Source of the DNA: Nannocystales bacterium
GTDB lineage: Bacteria; Myxococcota_A; Polyangia; Nannocystales; Nannocystaceae
Direction: 5' to 3'
Assembly (NCBI GenBank): GCA_050633305.1
Contig: JBOEGF010000018.1
Location: 352,001-416,000, forward strand
Length of the DNA: 64,000 bases
Of the stretch, positions 9,879-18,739 are shown piece after piece; the stretch's first letter is position 1, and every line of letters starts with the position of its first letter. Both the position numbers and the translations under genes were made by a program. Under the pieces are notes generated by a model, which had not been told where the DNA came from, searched no databases, and saw nothing but the letters and a program-made list of their open reading frames with translations.

Positions 9879-10118
9879 GGTCTTTCAAGTTAAGCTATCG
9901 GCGTAAGGCTAAGGCAAGCGGAGAAAAGCTAAGTCGCGCGGTCGTTCAAGCTAAGCGTCAGATTCAAGGACAAGTCAGGCTAGGTTCGAACTCGGTCGGG
10001 AAGAGTTAAGTCGGCCGGGTTCGATCGAGGCTAAGGTCAGGTCAAGGTCCGCGGAGAGGTCGTTTTTCAAGGTAAGCCAAGGAGTAAGCAGGTAGGCCAG
10101 GCGAACTCTTGCGGATAC
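9794..10118 (-). ncRNA. Putative sigma54-dependent small RNA with repeated CUUR motifs and two 3' hairpins (no known family recognised)
   Basis: Non-coding, low-GC segment; ~17 YAAG on + strand in 9886-10089; 17-bp stem 9794-9846 fully paired only on the minus strand (2 G-U pairs); 10-bp stem 9854-9878; sigma54 promoter upstream. Ends are inferred. Confidence 0.65.
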
Positions 10119-10128
10119 CAAGACTGTC

Positions 10129-10144
10129 TGCAGACGGTGTGCCA
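10129..10144 (-). promoter_or_regulatory. Sigma54 (-24/-12) promoter TGGCAC-ACCGT-CTGCA
   Basis: One mismatch to consensus TGGCAC-N5-TTGCW with exact GG/GC spacing; points into the CUUR-rich segment. Confidence 0.75.
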
Positions 10145-10253
10145 AACCGTCAGCAATACAGAATCGTTGAGAAAAACCGTCAAACGAGTCCGAGTGCCCC
10201 GATCCGCGCACCCGGGGCCATGACGCAAATGCCCGAACTGGCGCCGATCGGGT

Positions 10254-10275
10254 TGTCAGGCCTGACATCGATGTC
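10254..10275. promoter_or_regulatory. Overlapping perfect palindromes TGTCAGGCCTGACA and GACATCGATGTC (candidate enhancer-binding-protein sites)
   Basis: About 110-130 bp upstream of the sigma54 promoter, separated from it by an A/T-rich tract (10151-10184). Confidence 0.5.
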
Positions 10276-10355
10276 GTGCGGACTCGCGGACAGGCCGCCG
10301 CGGGATCCCTGTGGCCCGCTCAAGTCCACCTCGGGGTCGCCGATGGCCTGAAGCG

Positions 10356-10832
10356 ATGCCTTCTCAGGATCCCGAACGCCGCCGCGCACCCCGATACAAC
10401 GTGACGTTCTCGATGGTGTGTGACTCCGGCGATGCCTTCGGCAGCGCGGTCGTCGTCAACCTCAGTGACTCCGGCGCCCTCGTGCAGACCGAAGATGACT
10501 ACGCTGAGGGGGACAAGCTGTCGTTGGTTCCCGTGGGGGAGGCGGGGGACATCCTGTTCGACCTACCGGCCACGGTTGTCCGCATCCTCGATGACCCCGG
10601 TCCGGGCCGCATCAAGCGCTACGGCGTACGGTTTTCGGGACTGACACTTCCACGGATTCGCGCGCTTCGGACGTTGTGCGCGGCGATGCCTCCGACGCCG
10701 GACGAGCTTCCGGAGTCGGAGGCGCCGCAGGGCGGTCCCGCGCGTAGCGGCAGCGAGCCCCATTTTCGAATTCGAACGCGGGTCGGGGGGAGTCCGGGGA
10801 CGCCTCGGTGGGCGAGGCGACCCTTCGGATAG
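10356..10832 (+). CDS. PilZ domain protein (c-di-GMP receptor)
   Basis: RRRAPR (RxxxR) and NLSDSG (D/NxSxxG) motifs. Confidence 0.88.
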   Translation: MPSQDPERRRAPRYNVTFSMVCDSGDAFGSAVVVNLSDSGALVQTEDDYAEGDKLSLVPVGEAGDILFDLPATVVRILDDPGPGRIKRYGVRFSGLTLPRIRALRTLCAAMPPTPDELPESEAPQGGPARSGSEPHFRIRTRVGGSPGTPRWARRPFG

Positions 10833-10840
10833 CCGCCCTC

Positions 10841-11506
10841 TCAGACCAGGAGTTTGGACCCGGTGTTCTCGACGTCTTCAGCGCTCAGGCCATCGGGCTT
10901 GGGCGGGACATTGCGTCCGGCTTGGACGGCGGGCCTCGCTTCGATGGTCTTCAGCCACCGCGACAGGTGCGGGAGACCGTCGATGTCGACGCCCGACCAG
11001 CGGTAGGTCGTGGCCCAACACCAGTTTGCGATATCGGCGATCGAGTAAGCGCCGGCGAGATACTCCGACTCGCCGAGTCGTGTGTTGAGAACCTCGAGGA
11101 GTCGCCGCGTCTCTCGCTGGTACCGCTCGGTTGCGTAGGGGATTCGCTCCGGTGCGTAGCGGTGGAACACGTTGGCTTGGCCCATCATCGGGCCGAGTCC
11201 CCCGACCTGAAACATGAGCCATTGCAACGCGACCGAACGGCCAGCGGAGCCCTCGGGGAGGAGCCGGCCGGTGCGCTCTGCGAGGTGGATGAGGATGGCA
11301 CCCGACTCGAAGATCACGAGGTCGTTGGCGTCGTGGTCGACCAGCACCGGGATGCGGCCGTTGGGGTTGAGCGCGAGGAAGGCGGGGTGCTTTTGCTCTT
11401 TGCTCTCGAGGTCGACGGGGTAAACCTCGTACCGCAGACCGAGCTCTTCGAGCGCGATGCTGGCCTTGAAGCCGTTGGGAGTGCGAGCGGTATAGAGCGT
11501 GAGCAT
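10841..11506 (-). CDS. Glutathione S-transferase, YfcG/YghU-like
   Basis: [28 protein letters not shown] motifs. Confidence 0.93.
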   Translation of the reverse strand: MLTLYTARTPNGFKASIALEELGLRYEVYPVDLESKEQKHPAFLALNPNGRIPVLVDHDANDLVIFESGAILIHLAERTGRLLPEGSAGRSVALQWLMFQVGGLGPMMGQANVFHRYAPERIPYATERYQRETRRLLEVLNTRLGESEYLAGAYSIADIANWCWATTYRWSGVDIDGLPHLSRWLKTIEARPAVQAGRNVPPKPDGLSAEDVENTGSKLLV

Positions 11507-11510
11507 GGCG

Positions 11511-12260
11511 TCACAGCACGAACGGGACGATGGCCCGCCGATTGGGGGGCAGGTTCGGGAAGGTGCGCCGATACCATAGGTGATGGGAGACCGCTCGGGG
11601 GAGCAACAGTGCGACCGCGAGCGTGGCTGTGGCGAGTCCAGGCTTGGACCAGGTCAGGATCGCCCATCCAACCCACATCAGCATCTCTCCGAGATAGTTC
11701 GGGCAGGACACCTCTTCGAAGAAAATCCCCCGAGGGAGCATGTGTCCGACGTCGCCGCGGCGCCGCAGGTTGATGAGCGAGAGGTCGGCCGCGCGGGAGA
11801 CGAACATCCCGGCGACAAACAACATGGCGCCGTAGAGGAAACGAATGCTCCACAGCCAGCGCAACGGATACGCGCGCCAGGTCTCCGCGATGACCAGCCC
11901 GTTGAGGTGAGCGAGCGCGGCTGTGAATAGGGCGCCCAGGACCACGACAGTCCAGGGCATACGCTTGCGATGGGTGCCGCGGATGAGCGCGGGATACAGC
12001 ACGCCTCGCCAGCCGTACGCGAGCATCCACAGCGCCAACATGATCAGCGGGACCACCCCACCGCCCCCGCCGTCGTAGACGGTCCACGGACAGAGGACCA
12101 AGCCGGGGACGGCGATCAAGACCCAGGCGAGCCGGATCGGAACGCCGCTGGCGTCGGGGGAGGCGTGGCGGCCATATCGGAGTGGGGCTCGTCCGGTGAT
12201 CACGAACAACACCCCGGATGCGGCGAAGAGGGTTCCGAGCATCAGCGTGGTGGGGGTCAT
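11511..12260 (-). CDS. Steroid 5-alpha-reductase/DET2-like membrane oxidoreductase
   Basis: [30 protein letters not shown]...RAIVPF motifs; ATG 12260 overlaps upstream stop. Confidence 0.85.
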   Translation of the reverse strand: MTPTTLMLGTLFAASGVLFVITGRAPLRYGRHASPDASGVPIRLAWVLIAVPGLVLCPWTVYDGGGGGVVPLIMLALWMLAYGWRGVLYPALIRGTHRKRMPWTVVVLGALFTAALAHLNGLVIAETWRAYPLRWLWSIRFLYGAMLFVAGMFVSRAADLSLINLRRRGDVGHMLPRGIFFEEVSCPNYLGEMLMWVGWAILTWSKPGLATATLAVALLLPRAVSHHLWYRRTFPNLPPNRRAIVPFVL

Positions 12261-13111
12261 ACGAGCTCCGTCCCGCATACGCGGCAGAAGTTGGCGTCGT
12301 CGGCGTGCCCCGCAGCGTTGCACTCCTGGCATGTGACGGGCTCGTTCACGGGCCCTACGTTCATCGCCTGGACATACTCGGCAGAGACGATTCCCGTAGG
12401 CACTGCGAGGATGCCGTACCCGAGCAGCATGAGAATCGCCGCGACGGCTTGGCCTGGGACGGTGCTCGGCGCAATGTCCCCGTAGCCGACCGTGGTCATC
12501 GTGACGATCGCCCAGTACATGCCGCGAGGGATGCTGCTGAATCCGTTCTCCGCACCCTCGATGAGGTGCATCGTGGCGCCCATCACGACCACGATGGTGA
12601 GCACCGCGCCCATGAACACGGTGATCTTCGCCGCGCTGGACTTGAGGGCATTGAGCAGCTGGTTCGCCTCGCCCAGCATGCGCATGACCTTGAGGACCCG
12701 GAAGACCCGAAGCAGTCGAAGCACTCGGATGACAAGCAGGGAGTGCGCACCGGTGACGACGATCCCGATGAACGACGGGAGGATCGAGAGCAGGTCGACG
12801 ATGCCGAAGAACGACACGACGTAGCGGAGCCGGTGCCGGGCGACCCAGAGGCGAATCGAGTACTCGGCGAGGAACAGCACGGTGAAGACCCAATCCAGCA
12901 CCCGAAGCGCGGTGCCGAACCGAGCCGAGAACGCCTCGACACTTTCGAGCATCACGGCGAGGACGCTGGCGAGGATCAAGATCAACAAGCCCACGTCGAA
13001 CGCGCGCCCGGCCGGGGTCGCGGTACCGAAGATGATCCGTCCCAGACGCTGGCGTGCCCCGTGGCGGTCGCCAGCGGCCATCTCCTCCGCCGGGGGTGAG
13101 GTCTCGCTCAT
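12257..13111 (-). CDS. Voltage-gated potassium channel (6TM) with C-terminal Zn ribbon
   Basis: S4 IRVLRLLRVFRVLK; filter TMTTVGYGD; CQEC...CRVCG. Confidence 0.93.
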   Translation of the reverse strand: MSETSPPAEEMAAGDRHGARQRLGRIIFGTATPAGRAFDVGLLILILASVLAVMLESVEAFSARFGTALRVLDWVFTVLFLAEYSIRLWVARHRLRYVVSFFGIVDLLSILPSFIGIVVTGAHSLLVIRVLRLLRVFRVLKVMRMLGEANQLLNALKSSAAKITVFMGAVLTIVVVMGATMHLIEGAENGFSSIPRGMYWAIVTMTTVGYGDIAPSTVPGQAVAAILMLLGYGILAVPTGIVSAEYVQAMNVGPVNEPVTCQECNAAGHADDANFCRVCGTELV

Positions 13112-13215
13112 GCGTGCCGGAGTGTAGCGAACACCACCGTAGACAGAACCATGACGTACGAGGACGGGAGTGTGACCACACCTAGCGGGCCGCAGCGGCA
13201 CACTGCTTGTCGACG

Positions 13216-14142
13216 ATGAGCGTTTTTGACGTCCCACAAGAGCAGCCGCGCGCACCCGGGAAGCTGGCGCGGTCTCTGCGCGACTACCAGCTGAAGGACG
13301 TGGGTCCGTTTGCGATCATCCACGTTCTGGGCATCGCTGGTGTGTTCATGGGCGCCAGCTGGAAGGTCTGGACGCTCTGCTTCGCGCTCTACGTTGTGCG
13401 CATGTTCGGCGTGACCGGGTTCTATCACCGCTACTTCGCGCACCGCACGTTCAAGACCAGCCGATGGTTCCAGTTCGTCGCGGCGTTTGTGGCTCAGTCC
13501 GCGGCGCAACGCGGAGCGCTGTGGTGGGCGGCGCATCACCGCGACCACCACAAGTTCTCCGACACCGAGAAAGACCTCCACTCGCCGCGGCAACACGGCT
13601 TTTGGTACTCGCACGTCGGCTGGATCTACGACCACAACGATGTGAGCAAGTACGCCCGCATCAAGGACTTCTCGCGCTACCCGGAGCTGGTCATGCTCGA
13701 CAAGTACTGGCTCGCTCCGGCGATCTTCCTCGCAGTGCTCTGTCTCGCTTTTGCGGGGCTCTCAGGCCTGCTCGTCGGGTTCATGTTCAGCACGGTCTTG
13801 CTCTGGCACGGGACGTTCACGATCAACTCGCTTTCCCACGTCTGGGGGTCCCGCCCCTACGAGACCGCCGATGACAGCCGGAACAACTGGTTCCTCGCGA
13901 TCATCACCATGGGCGAGGGGTGGCACAACAACCACCACCACTACATGAACTCGACCCGGCAGGGCTTCCACTGGTGGCAGTACGACATCACCTACTACGG
14001 CCTGAAGGTGCTGAGCTGGGTGGGGTTGATCTGGGACATCAAGGAGCCACCGGCCCACATCGTTGCAGGGGTCAAGCGAACGAGAAACGCGAAGCCCTCC
14101 GCCGCTCCTTCGGCCAAGGGTAGCGCGAGCCCCTCGACCTGA
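13216..14142 (+). CDS. Delta-9 acyl-CoA/lipid fatty acid desaturase
   Basis: His boxes HRYFAH, HHRDHH, HNNHH; GEGWHNN. Confidence 0.93.
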   Translation: MSVFDVPQEQPRAPGKLARSLRDYQLKDVGPFAIIHVLGIAGVFMGASWKVWTLCFALYVVRMFGVTGFYHRYFAHRTFKTSRWFQFVAAFVAQSAAQRGALWWAAHHRDHHKFSDTEKDLHSPRQHGFWYSHVGWIYDHNDVSKYARIKDFSRYPELVMLDKYWLAPAIFLAVLCLAFAGLSGLLVGFMFSTVLLWHGTFTINSLSHVWGSRPYETADDSRNNWFLAIITMGEGWHNNHHHYMNSTRQGFHWWQYDITYYGLKVLSWVGLIWDIKEPPAHIVAGVKRTRNAKPSAAPSAKGSASPST

Positions 14143-14174
14143 GCCGGCGGTAGGCCGGACCCGAGCCTCCGAGC

Positions 14175-14603
14175 TCAGCCCCGACGCGGTCGCTTCGCCC
14201 TCTTGGCGGTGGCCGCGTCGATCATTGGTTCGAGGTGCGGCACGACCAGGGCTTCGTAGCGAGACCACGCGCCTTCCACCAGAGCCCAGTGGGCGATCAA
14301 CGCCTCGAAGCCCGTGGAGCTTCGGTAGGTCTGCGTGTTCTTTTTGCCGCGGATGCTTGTCGTTTTCGCGTTGCGGCCTCGACGGACCACGGAACGCTCG
14401 TCTTCGGTGAGCTCGGGCTCAATGATGTCGAGCAGGGCCGACTGCGCTTCGGCGCGGACGACGTCGGCTTTGATGGAGTCGAGTCGGTCGACCGGGTGAT
14501 CGCCCCGAGCGCACACTCGCCACCGGACGTCCCGCTCGAAGGCTGCATCGCCCAGCCATGCGAGCGTGCGGACCGAGCGTTGCAGCAGGGCTTGGTCCGA
14601 CAC
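14175..14603 (-). CDS. mrnC: Mini-ribonuclease III (RNase III domain without dsRBD)
   Basis: LAWLGDAAFE...VRAEAQS...RRGRNA...YRSSTGFEALI; 142 aa. Confidence 0.8.
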   Translation of the reverse strand: MSDQALLQRSVRTLAWLGDAAFERDVRWRVCARGDHPVDRLDSIKADVVRAEAQSALLDIIEPELTEDERSVVRRGRNAKTTSIRGKKNTQTYRSSTGFEALIAHWALVEGAWSRYEALVVPHLEPMIDAATAKRAKRPRRG

Positions 14604-15404
14604 TCAGCGCCCCTTGAACTCGGGTGCGCGCTTGCCCAGGATCGCGGCGACCGCTTCCTGGTGGTCGTCGGTGTTCTGCACCATGCCTTGGTAACTGGCG
14701 GCCAACTCGAGCGCGGTGTCCAAGTCTGTATCCCAGCTGCGGTAGGCGGCGCGCTTGGTCAGCGATACGGCCAACGGAGCGTTCTGAGCGATGAGCATCG
14801 CACGGGCCCGAGCGGCCTCGAGCAGCTCCTCCCGGGGGACAACAGCGTGTACGAGCCCCATCTGCAGGGCCTCGTCGGTCTGGACGAGGCGGCCGGTGAG
14901 GACCATGTCGAGCGCGCGAGGGAAGCCGATCGTTCGCGCGAGGAAGTACGCTCCGCCGTCACCGGGAACGAGTCCAACCTTCACGAAGGTCGAGCCCAGC
15001 TTTGCACCTTCGGCGGCGATTCGGATGTCGCACATGCACGTGAGGTCCAAGCCCGCGCCAATCGCAGCGCCGTTGATCGCAGCGATGAGTGGTTTGTCGA
15101 ACTGAGCGATGCGGCGAGGGATGGTCTGAATGCCGTCGATGTACTGGCGCCTCAGCGTGACAGGGCCGCCCGCAAACATCCCGCTGGAGCTCTGCATTCG
15201 TTTCAGGTCTCCACCGGCGTGAAACGACTTGCCCTCGCCGGTGAGGATGACGGCGCGGACACTCTCGTCTGCCTCGGCAGCGTCCAGTGCGGCAATGAGG
15301 CTCCGCACCATCTCTTCGCTGTACGCGTTGCGAGCTTCGGGGCGATCGAGGGTGATCGTGGCCAGCGGGGCGCTGACCTCGTAGCGCAGGTCGGTGAACG
15401 ACAT
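14604..15404 (-). CDS. Enoyl-CoA hydratase/isomerase family protein
   Basis: ITLDRPEARNA, FHAGGDL, IAAINGAAIGAG, GLVPGDGG. Confidence 0.92.
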   Translation of the reverse strand: MSFTDLRYEVSAPLATITLDRPEARNAYSEEMVRSLIAALDAAEADESVRAVILTGEGKSFHAGGDLKRMQSSSGMFAGGPVTLRRQYIDGIQTIPRRIAQFDKPLIAAINGAAIGAGLDLTCMCDIRIAAEGAKLGSTFVKVGLVPGDGGAYFLARTIGFPRALDMVLTGRLVQTDEALQMGLVHAVVPREELLEAARARAMLIAQNAPLAVSLTKRAAYRSWDTDLDTALELAASYQGMVQNTDDHQEAVAAILGKRAPEFKGR

Positions 15405-15592
15405 GCCCCGGACTCTCCCCGAACCGCGCGGGCGTGTCGAGGAGGATTCGCGCACGCTGCGAGACAGAGCGTATGAACGTTCGCAGGGAGGTCCCCCGAG
15501 GACGAAGGCGGCGCTTCGAAGAACACGCGCGCGCATGTTGTTCGCTGTGCCCTCGTCGGTGGCGCGGGTCTGGGTTTCCCGCGCCTCGTGGA

Positions 15593-16771
15593 TCAAGCGC
15601 CGAGCTGTTCGGTGAACGTCGCGACACCAGCTCCGGCGGGCACCGAGATCCCCTGGGCCTTGAACGCTGCCTCCATCGCGGCGAGGAGGACCACGATGTG
15701 TCGGGGTTGGCACGACGCGCCCATGAGGCCGACACGCCACACCTTGCCTGCGAGCGGTCCAAGCCCGCCGACGATCTCGACACCGTGCTGCTGCATGAGG
15801 TAGGCGCGCACCTTGGCCTCGTGCACCCCGTCGGGGACACACACCGTTGTGAGGGTGGGAAGTCGGTGCTCAGCCGGAACAAGCAGGGACATGCCCATGG
15901 CCTCGAATCCCGCCCACATCGCTTCTGCGGTTTTCTGTACTCGTGCGGTCCGGTTGGCGAGGCCCTCTTCGTCGATGATGCGCAACCCCTCATACAGCGC
16001 GTACGACAGGTTGATCGGTCCGGTGTGGTGGTACTTGGGAGGCGCGTCCCAATAGGTCAGGTTGAGGAGGACGTCGAGGTACCAGCTTCGGCAGGACGAT
16101 CCCCGGTTGCGGATCCTGTCCATCGCTCGGTCGCTGAAGGTGATCGGCGAGATACCTGGGACCGCACTGATGCATTTTTGTGCTCCCGTGTAGACGATAT
16201 CTGCGCCCCAGTCGTCGGTCGCGAACTCCACGCCGCCCAGCGAGGCGACGGTGTCCACCAGCAGCAGTGCACCATGGTCGTGGGCCAGCTTGGCGATCTC
16301 GGGAATGTCTTGCCGAACGCCGGTGGACGTCTCGCCGTGGATGATGCCCACGACCTTGATGTCCTTCTCGTGCTCGAGCGCCGCCTTGACGTCGTCGGCG
16401 TTCGTCGGTGTCCCCCAGGGGGACTCCACGACCACGACGTCAGCACCCGCGCGCTCCATGATCTGACGCAGGCGGTCACCGAAATAGCCATGTACGCAGA
16501 CTAGGGCTTTCTGCCCCGGCTCGAGTGCGTTGAAGACCGCAGACTCCATCGCGGCTGTGCCGGCTCCTGTGATGGCGAGCGTCGCGTCGTTCTTGGTGTC
16601 GAAGACCATGCGCAGCAGACCGCGCAACTGCTGCATGAGCGCGACGTAGCTGGGGTCCATGTAGCCGACGGTCGGGCGAGCGAGCGCGGAGAGGACGCGG
16701 GCGGGGACTTCGCTGGGGCCGGGGCCGAGGAGGATGCGCGTGGGGGGGTCGAAGACGAACGGCTCGCTCAT
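15593..16771 (-). CDS. Alanine-glyoxylate/serine-pyruvate aminotransferase (class V PLP)
   Basis: [36 protein letters not shown]. Confidence 0.93.
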   Translation of the reverse strand: MSEPFVFDPPTRILLGPGPSEVPARVLSALARPTVGYMDPSYVALMQQLRGLLRMVFDTKNDATLAITGAGTAAMESAVFNALEPGQKALVCVHGYFGDRLRQIMERAGADVVVVESPWGTPTNADDVKAALEHEKDIKVVGIIHGETSTGVRQDIPEIAKLAHDHGALLLVDTVASLGGVEFATDDWGADIVYTGAQKCISAVPGISPITFSDRAMDRIRNRGSSCRSWYLDVLLNLTYWDAPPKYHHTGPINLSYALYEGLRIIDEEGLANRTARVQKTAEAMWAGFEAMGMSLLVPAEHRLPTLTTVCVPDGVHEAKVRAYLMQQHGVEIVGGLGPLAGKVWRVGLMGASCQPRHIVVLLAAMEAAFKAQGISVPAGAGVATFTEQLGA

Positions 16772-16824
16772 GACGACAGCATGGTAGAGCGCATCGCCAA
16801 ACGTCGCCACGGGGTCGTGTGGCC

Positions 16825-18735
16825 TCACTCGTCTTCGAACGCGTCGCGCCGATGGAGTGTGGCTCCGCCGTCCTCCTCATCGTCGATGTCGGCATCCCGC
16901 AGGGCGTCGAGCTTGGACAGGTCAAACCCCAGGTCGGCAGGCTCGGGCGCCGGTGCGGCCGGCGCAACGACGGGGGCGTCGGGTTGAGGTGGAAGTTCGA
17001 ATGGGATCTCACCCGTCAACGAGGCCAACTCTTCGCGGGACAGCATGCTGCTCGAGTCTTCGTCCAGGACATCGAAGGTGGCGGCGCGCAGCTTCTCGAG
17101 TGAGGCCTCGTCGAGTCCCTCCGACGGGGCAGCGTCGTCAGGCCCGGCCTCGAGCACGGCGTCGTCCCCCTGTGATGCCTCGACCCCTGCTCGCATGCGT
17201 GCGACGTCGTCGAGGCTGAGCATCCCGGTCCCTTCCTCGTCCTCGGACGGCGGAGCCCCAAACATCATGGCGCCGGCCGGCGCTGCGGCAACCCCGACCG
17301 GAAGGAAGGCGTCGGGGGCTTTGGGGCCGGCCTCCGGAGCGGGCGCGGGGGCCTTTGGCTCGGCGACGACCCCCTCGTCGGCAGGTCCTTCGCCGAGCGC
17401 GGTTGGAGCATCGGGCTCGACGAGGTTTTCGAACGCGTCTGCTTGGGCTGAGAACTTTGCGGCCTGGTCGCTGAGGCCTCGTTTTCGACACATCTCCGCC
17501 AACGAGCGGGCCGACTCTCCGGCCGAGGTCAGGGGCGCAACGGGTCCTGCTGCCTCGGCGAGTTTCACCGCCTTGGTATAGAAGGCGATCGCTTGGGCCT
17601 GCATGCCAAGCTCTGCGGCGAGCGACCCTGTGAGTCGGCCGCCTTCGATCGCCAACGCCGGCTGGCCCGACCGCTCCGCCGCGACGGTGCCTTCCGCGTA
17701 ACAGACCAGGGCGCCCTGTTTGTCGCGCCGGGTCAGCTTGCTCGCGCCCAACGAGAACTGGCCCGTGGCGACCTGGGAGTCCTTTCCTTGTTCTGCTGCC
17801 GTTTCCGTCGCGCGAGAAAAGGCCGCTTCGCTCTGCTTGGGGCTGCCTGCCGCGAGCAGCTGACCGCCCAGCATGAGCTCGAGGTTGATCGCGTCGCGGT
17901 GCAGCCCCGCTGCGGCACTGAGGTCGCGGGCTTCTCGGGTCGACTGCACGGACTCTGCGGCGCGGCCTTGCTTCATCGCGAGCGCGGAGGCGACGAGTTT
18001 TTGGGCGATGGCACCGCGGAGTTTCGAGTCGGCCGTCGGCTCGGCGGGCGGCGCCGTGCTGGGGTGCCGGGGCGGTGGAACCTCAGGTGCTGCTCCTGGT
18101 GGTGGGGCGCCGGGGACGAAGTCTTCCAGCATGGACTCCACATCTCGATCTTCGTCGGCGGAGTTGGGCGCGACCGTGACCTTGTCTGCCCGGTCGCGGA
18201 GCTGTTCGGCGATCGAAACGGTGGGAGCGGGTGGCGTTTCGATGATCACGAAACGCACCGACGCCAGCTTGGGGTCCATCAGAAGCGGTTGCACGCCAGC
18301 GTGCCAAGCCTCGACCGCGTCCAGTGTGGTGGGAGAGAGAACCACCACCATGCCGTGGGCGCCCTCGGGTTGGGCGTGGACGAGTTGCAGCAGCGCCGTT
18401 GCGAACTGGGCCTGGCCGTTGCCCGCCGCCACACCCTGCGGCAGTGTCTCTAGCGATTCGCCATGGGGCTCCATCAGCTCTGCGCGATGGGCATGTTGAG
18501 CTCGAGCATGTTCGGCGCGTTCGGACCACTGCGGGGCATGCCCGGTGTGCTCTTGCTCGAAGAGATAGAACGGCGCCGTGTTGGCCAGGTCGCGCTCGTA
18601 CGCCATCACCGCCTCGATGCACCCTTTACGCGTTTTTACGGCCGCGCTGACGTGCAGCAGCTTCGTAGCGGGGGTCCGCACGAATGCTGTCATCGCCTCG
18701 AGGAGGCGCTCGATGGGCGAGCCGAAGGACTCCAT
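16825..18735 (-). CDS. VgrG-associated hypothetical protein: alpha/beta N-domain, TPR-like helices, acidic tail
   Basis: Long ORF 4 nt downstream of vgrG; Ala-rich helical repeats at aa ~245-435. Confidence 0.7.
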   Translation of the reverse strand: MESFGSPIERLLEAMTAFVRTPATKLLHVSAAVKTRKGCIEAVMAYERDLANTAPFYLFEQEHTGHAPQWSERAEHARAQHAHRAELMEPHGESLETLPQGVAAGNGQAQFATALLQLVHAQPEGAHGMVVVLSPTTLDAVEAWHAGVQPLLMDPKLASVRFVIIETPPAPTVSIAEQLRDRADKVTVAPNSADEDRDVESMLEDFVPGAPPPGAAPEVPPPRHPSTAPPAEPTADSKLRGAIAQKLVASALAMKQGRAAESVQSTREARDLSAAAGLHRDAINLELMLGGQLLAAGSPKQSEAAFSRATETAAEQGKDSQVATGQFSLGASKLTRRDKQGALVCYAEGTVAAERSGQPALAIEGGRLTGSLAAELGMQAQAIAFYTKAVKLAEAAGPVAPLTSAGESARSLAEMCRKRGLSDQAAKFSAQADAFENLVEPDAPTALGEGPADEGVVAEPKAPAPAPEAGPKAPDAFLPVGVAAAPAGAMMFGAPPSEDEEGTGMLSLDDVARMRAGVEASQGDDAVLEAGPDDAAPSEGLDEASLEKLRAATFDVLDEDSSSMLSREELASLTGEIPFELPPQPDAPVVAPAAPAPEPADLGFDLSKLDALRDADIDDEEDGGATLHRRDAFEDE

Positions 18736-18739
18736 CGGC

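Noticed and set aside
9886..10100. CRISPR array, tandem repeat, or known RNA (6S, tmRNA, SRP, RNase P, Pxr)
   Set aside because: Motifs are 4-6 nt and irregularly spaced with no repeat-spacer periodicity and no cas genes; hallmark sequences or structures of those RNAs are not seen
9975..10268. 97-aa minus-strand ORF over the CUUR-rich segment
   Set aside because: Leu-richness is a by-product of CTT motifs; rare codons (TTA, CTA); it starts upstream of and runs through the sigma54 promoter; no recognisable domain
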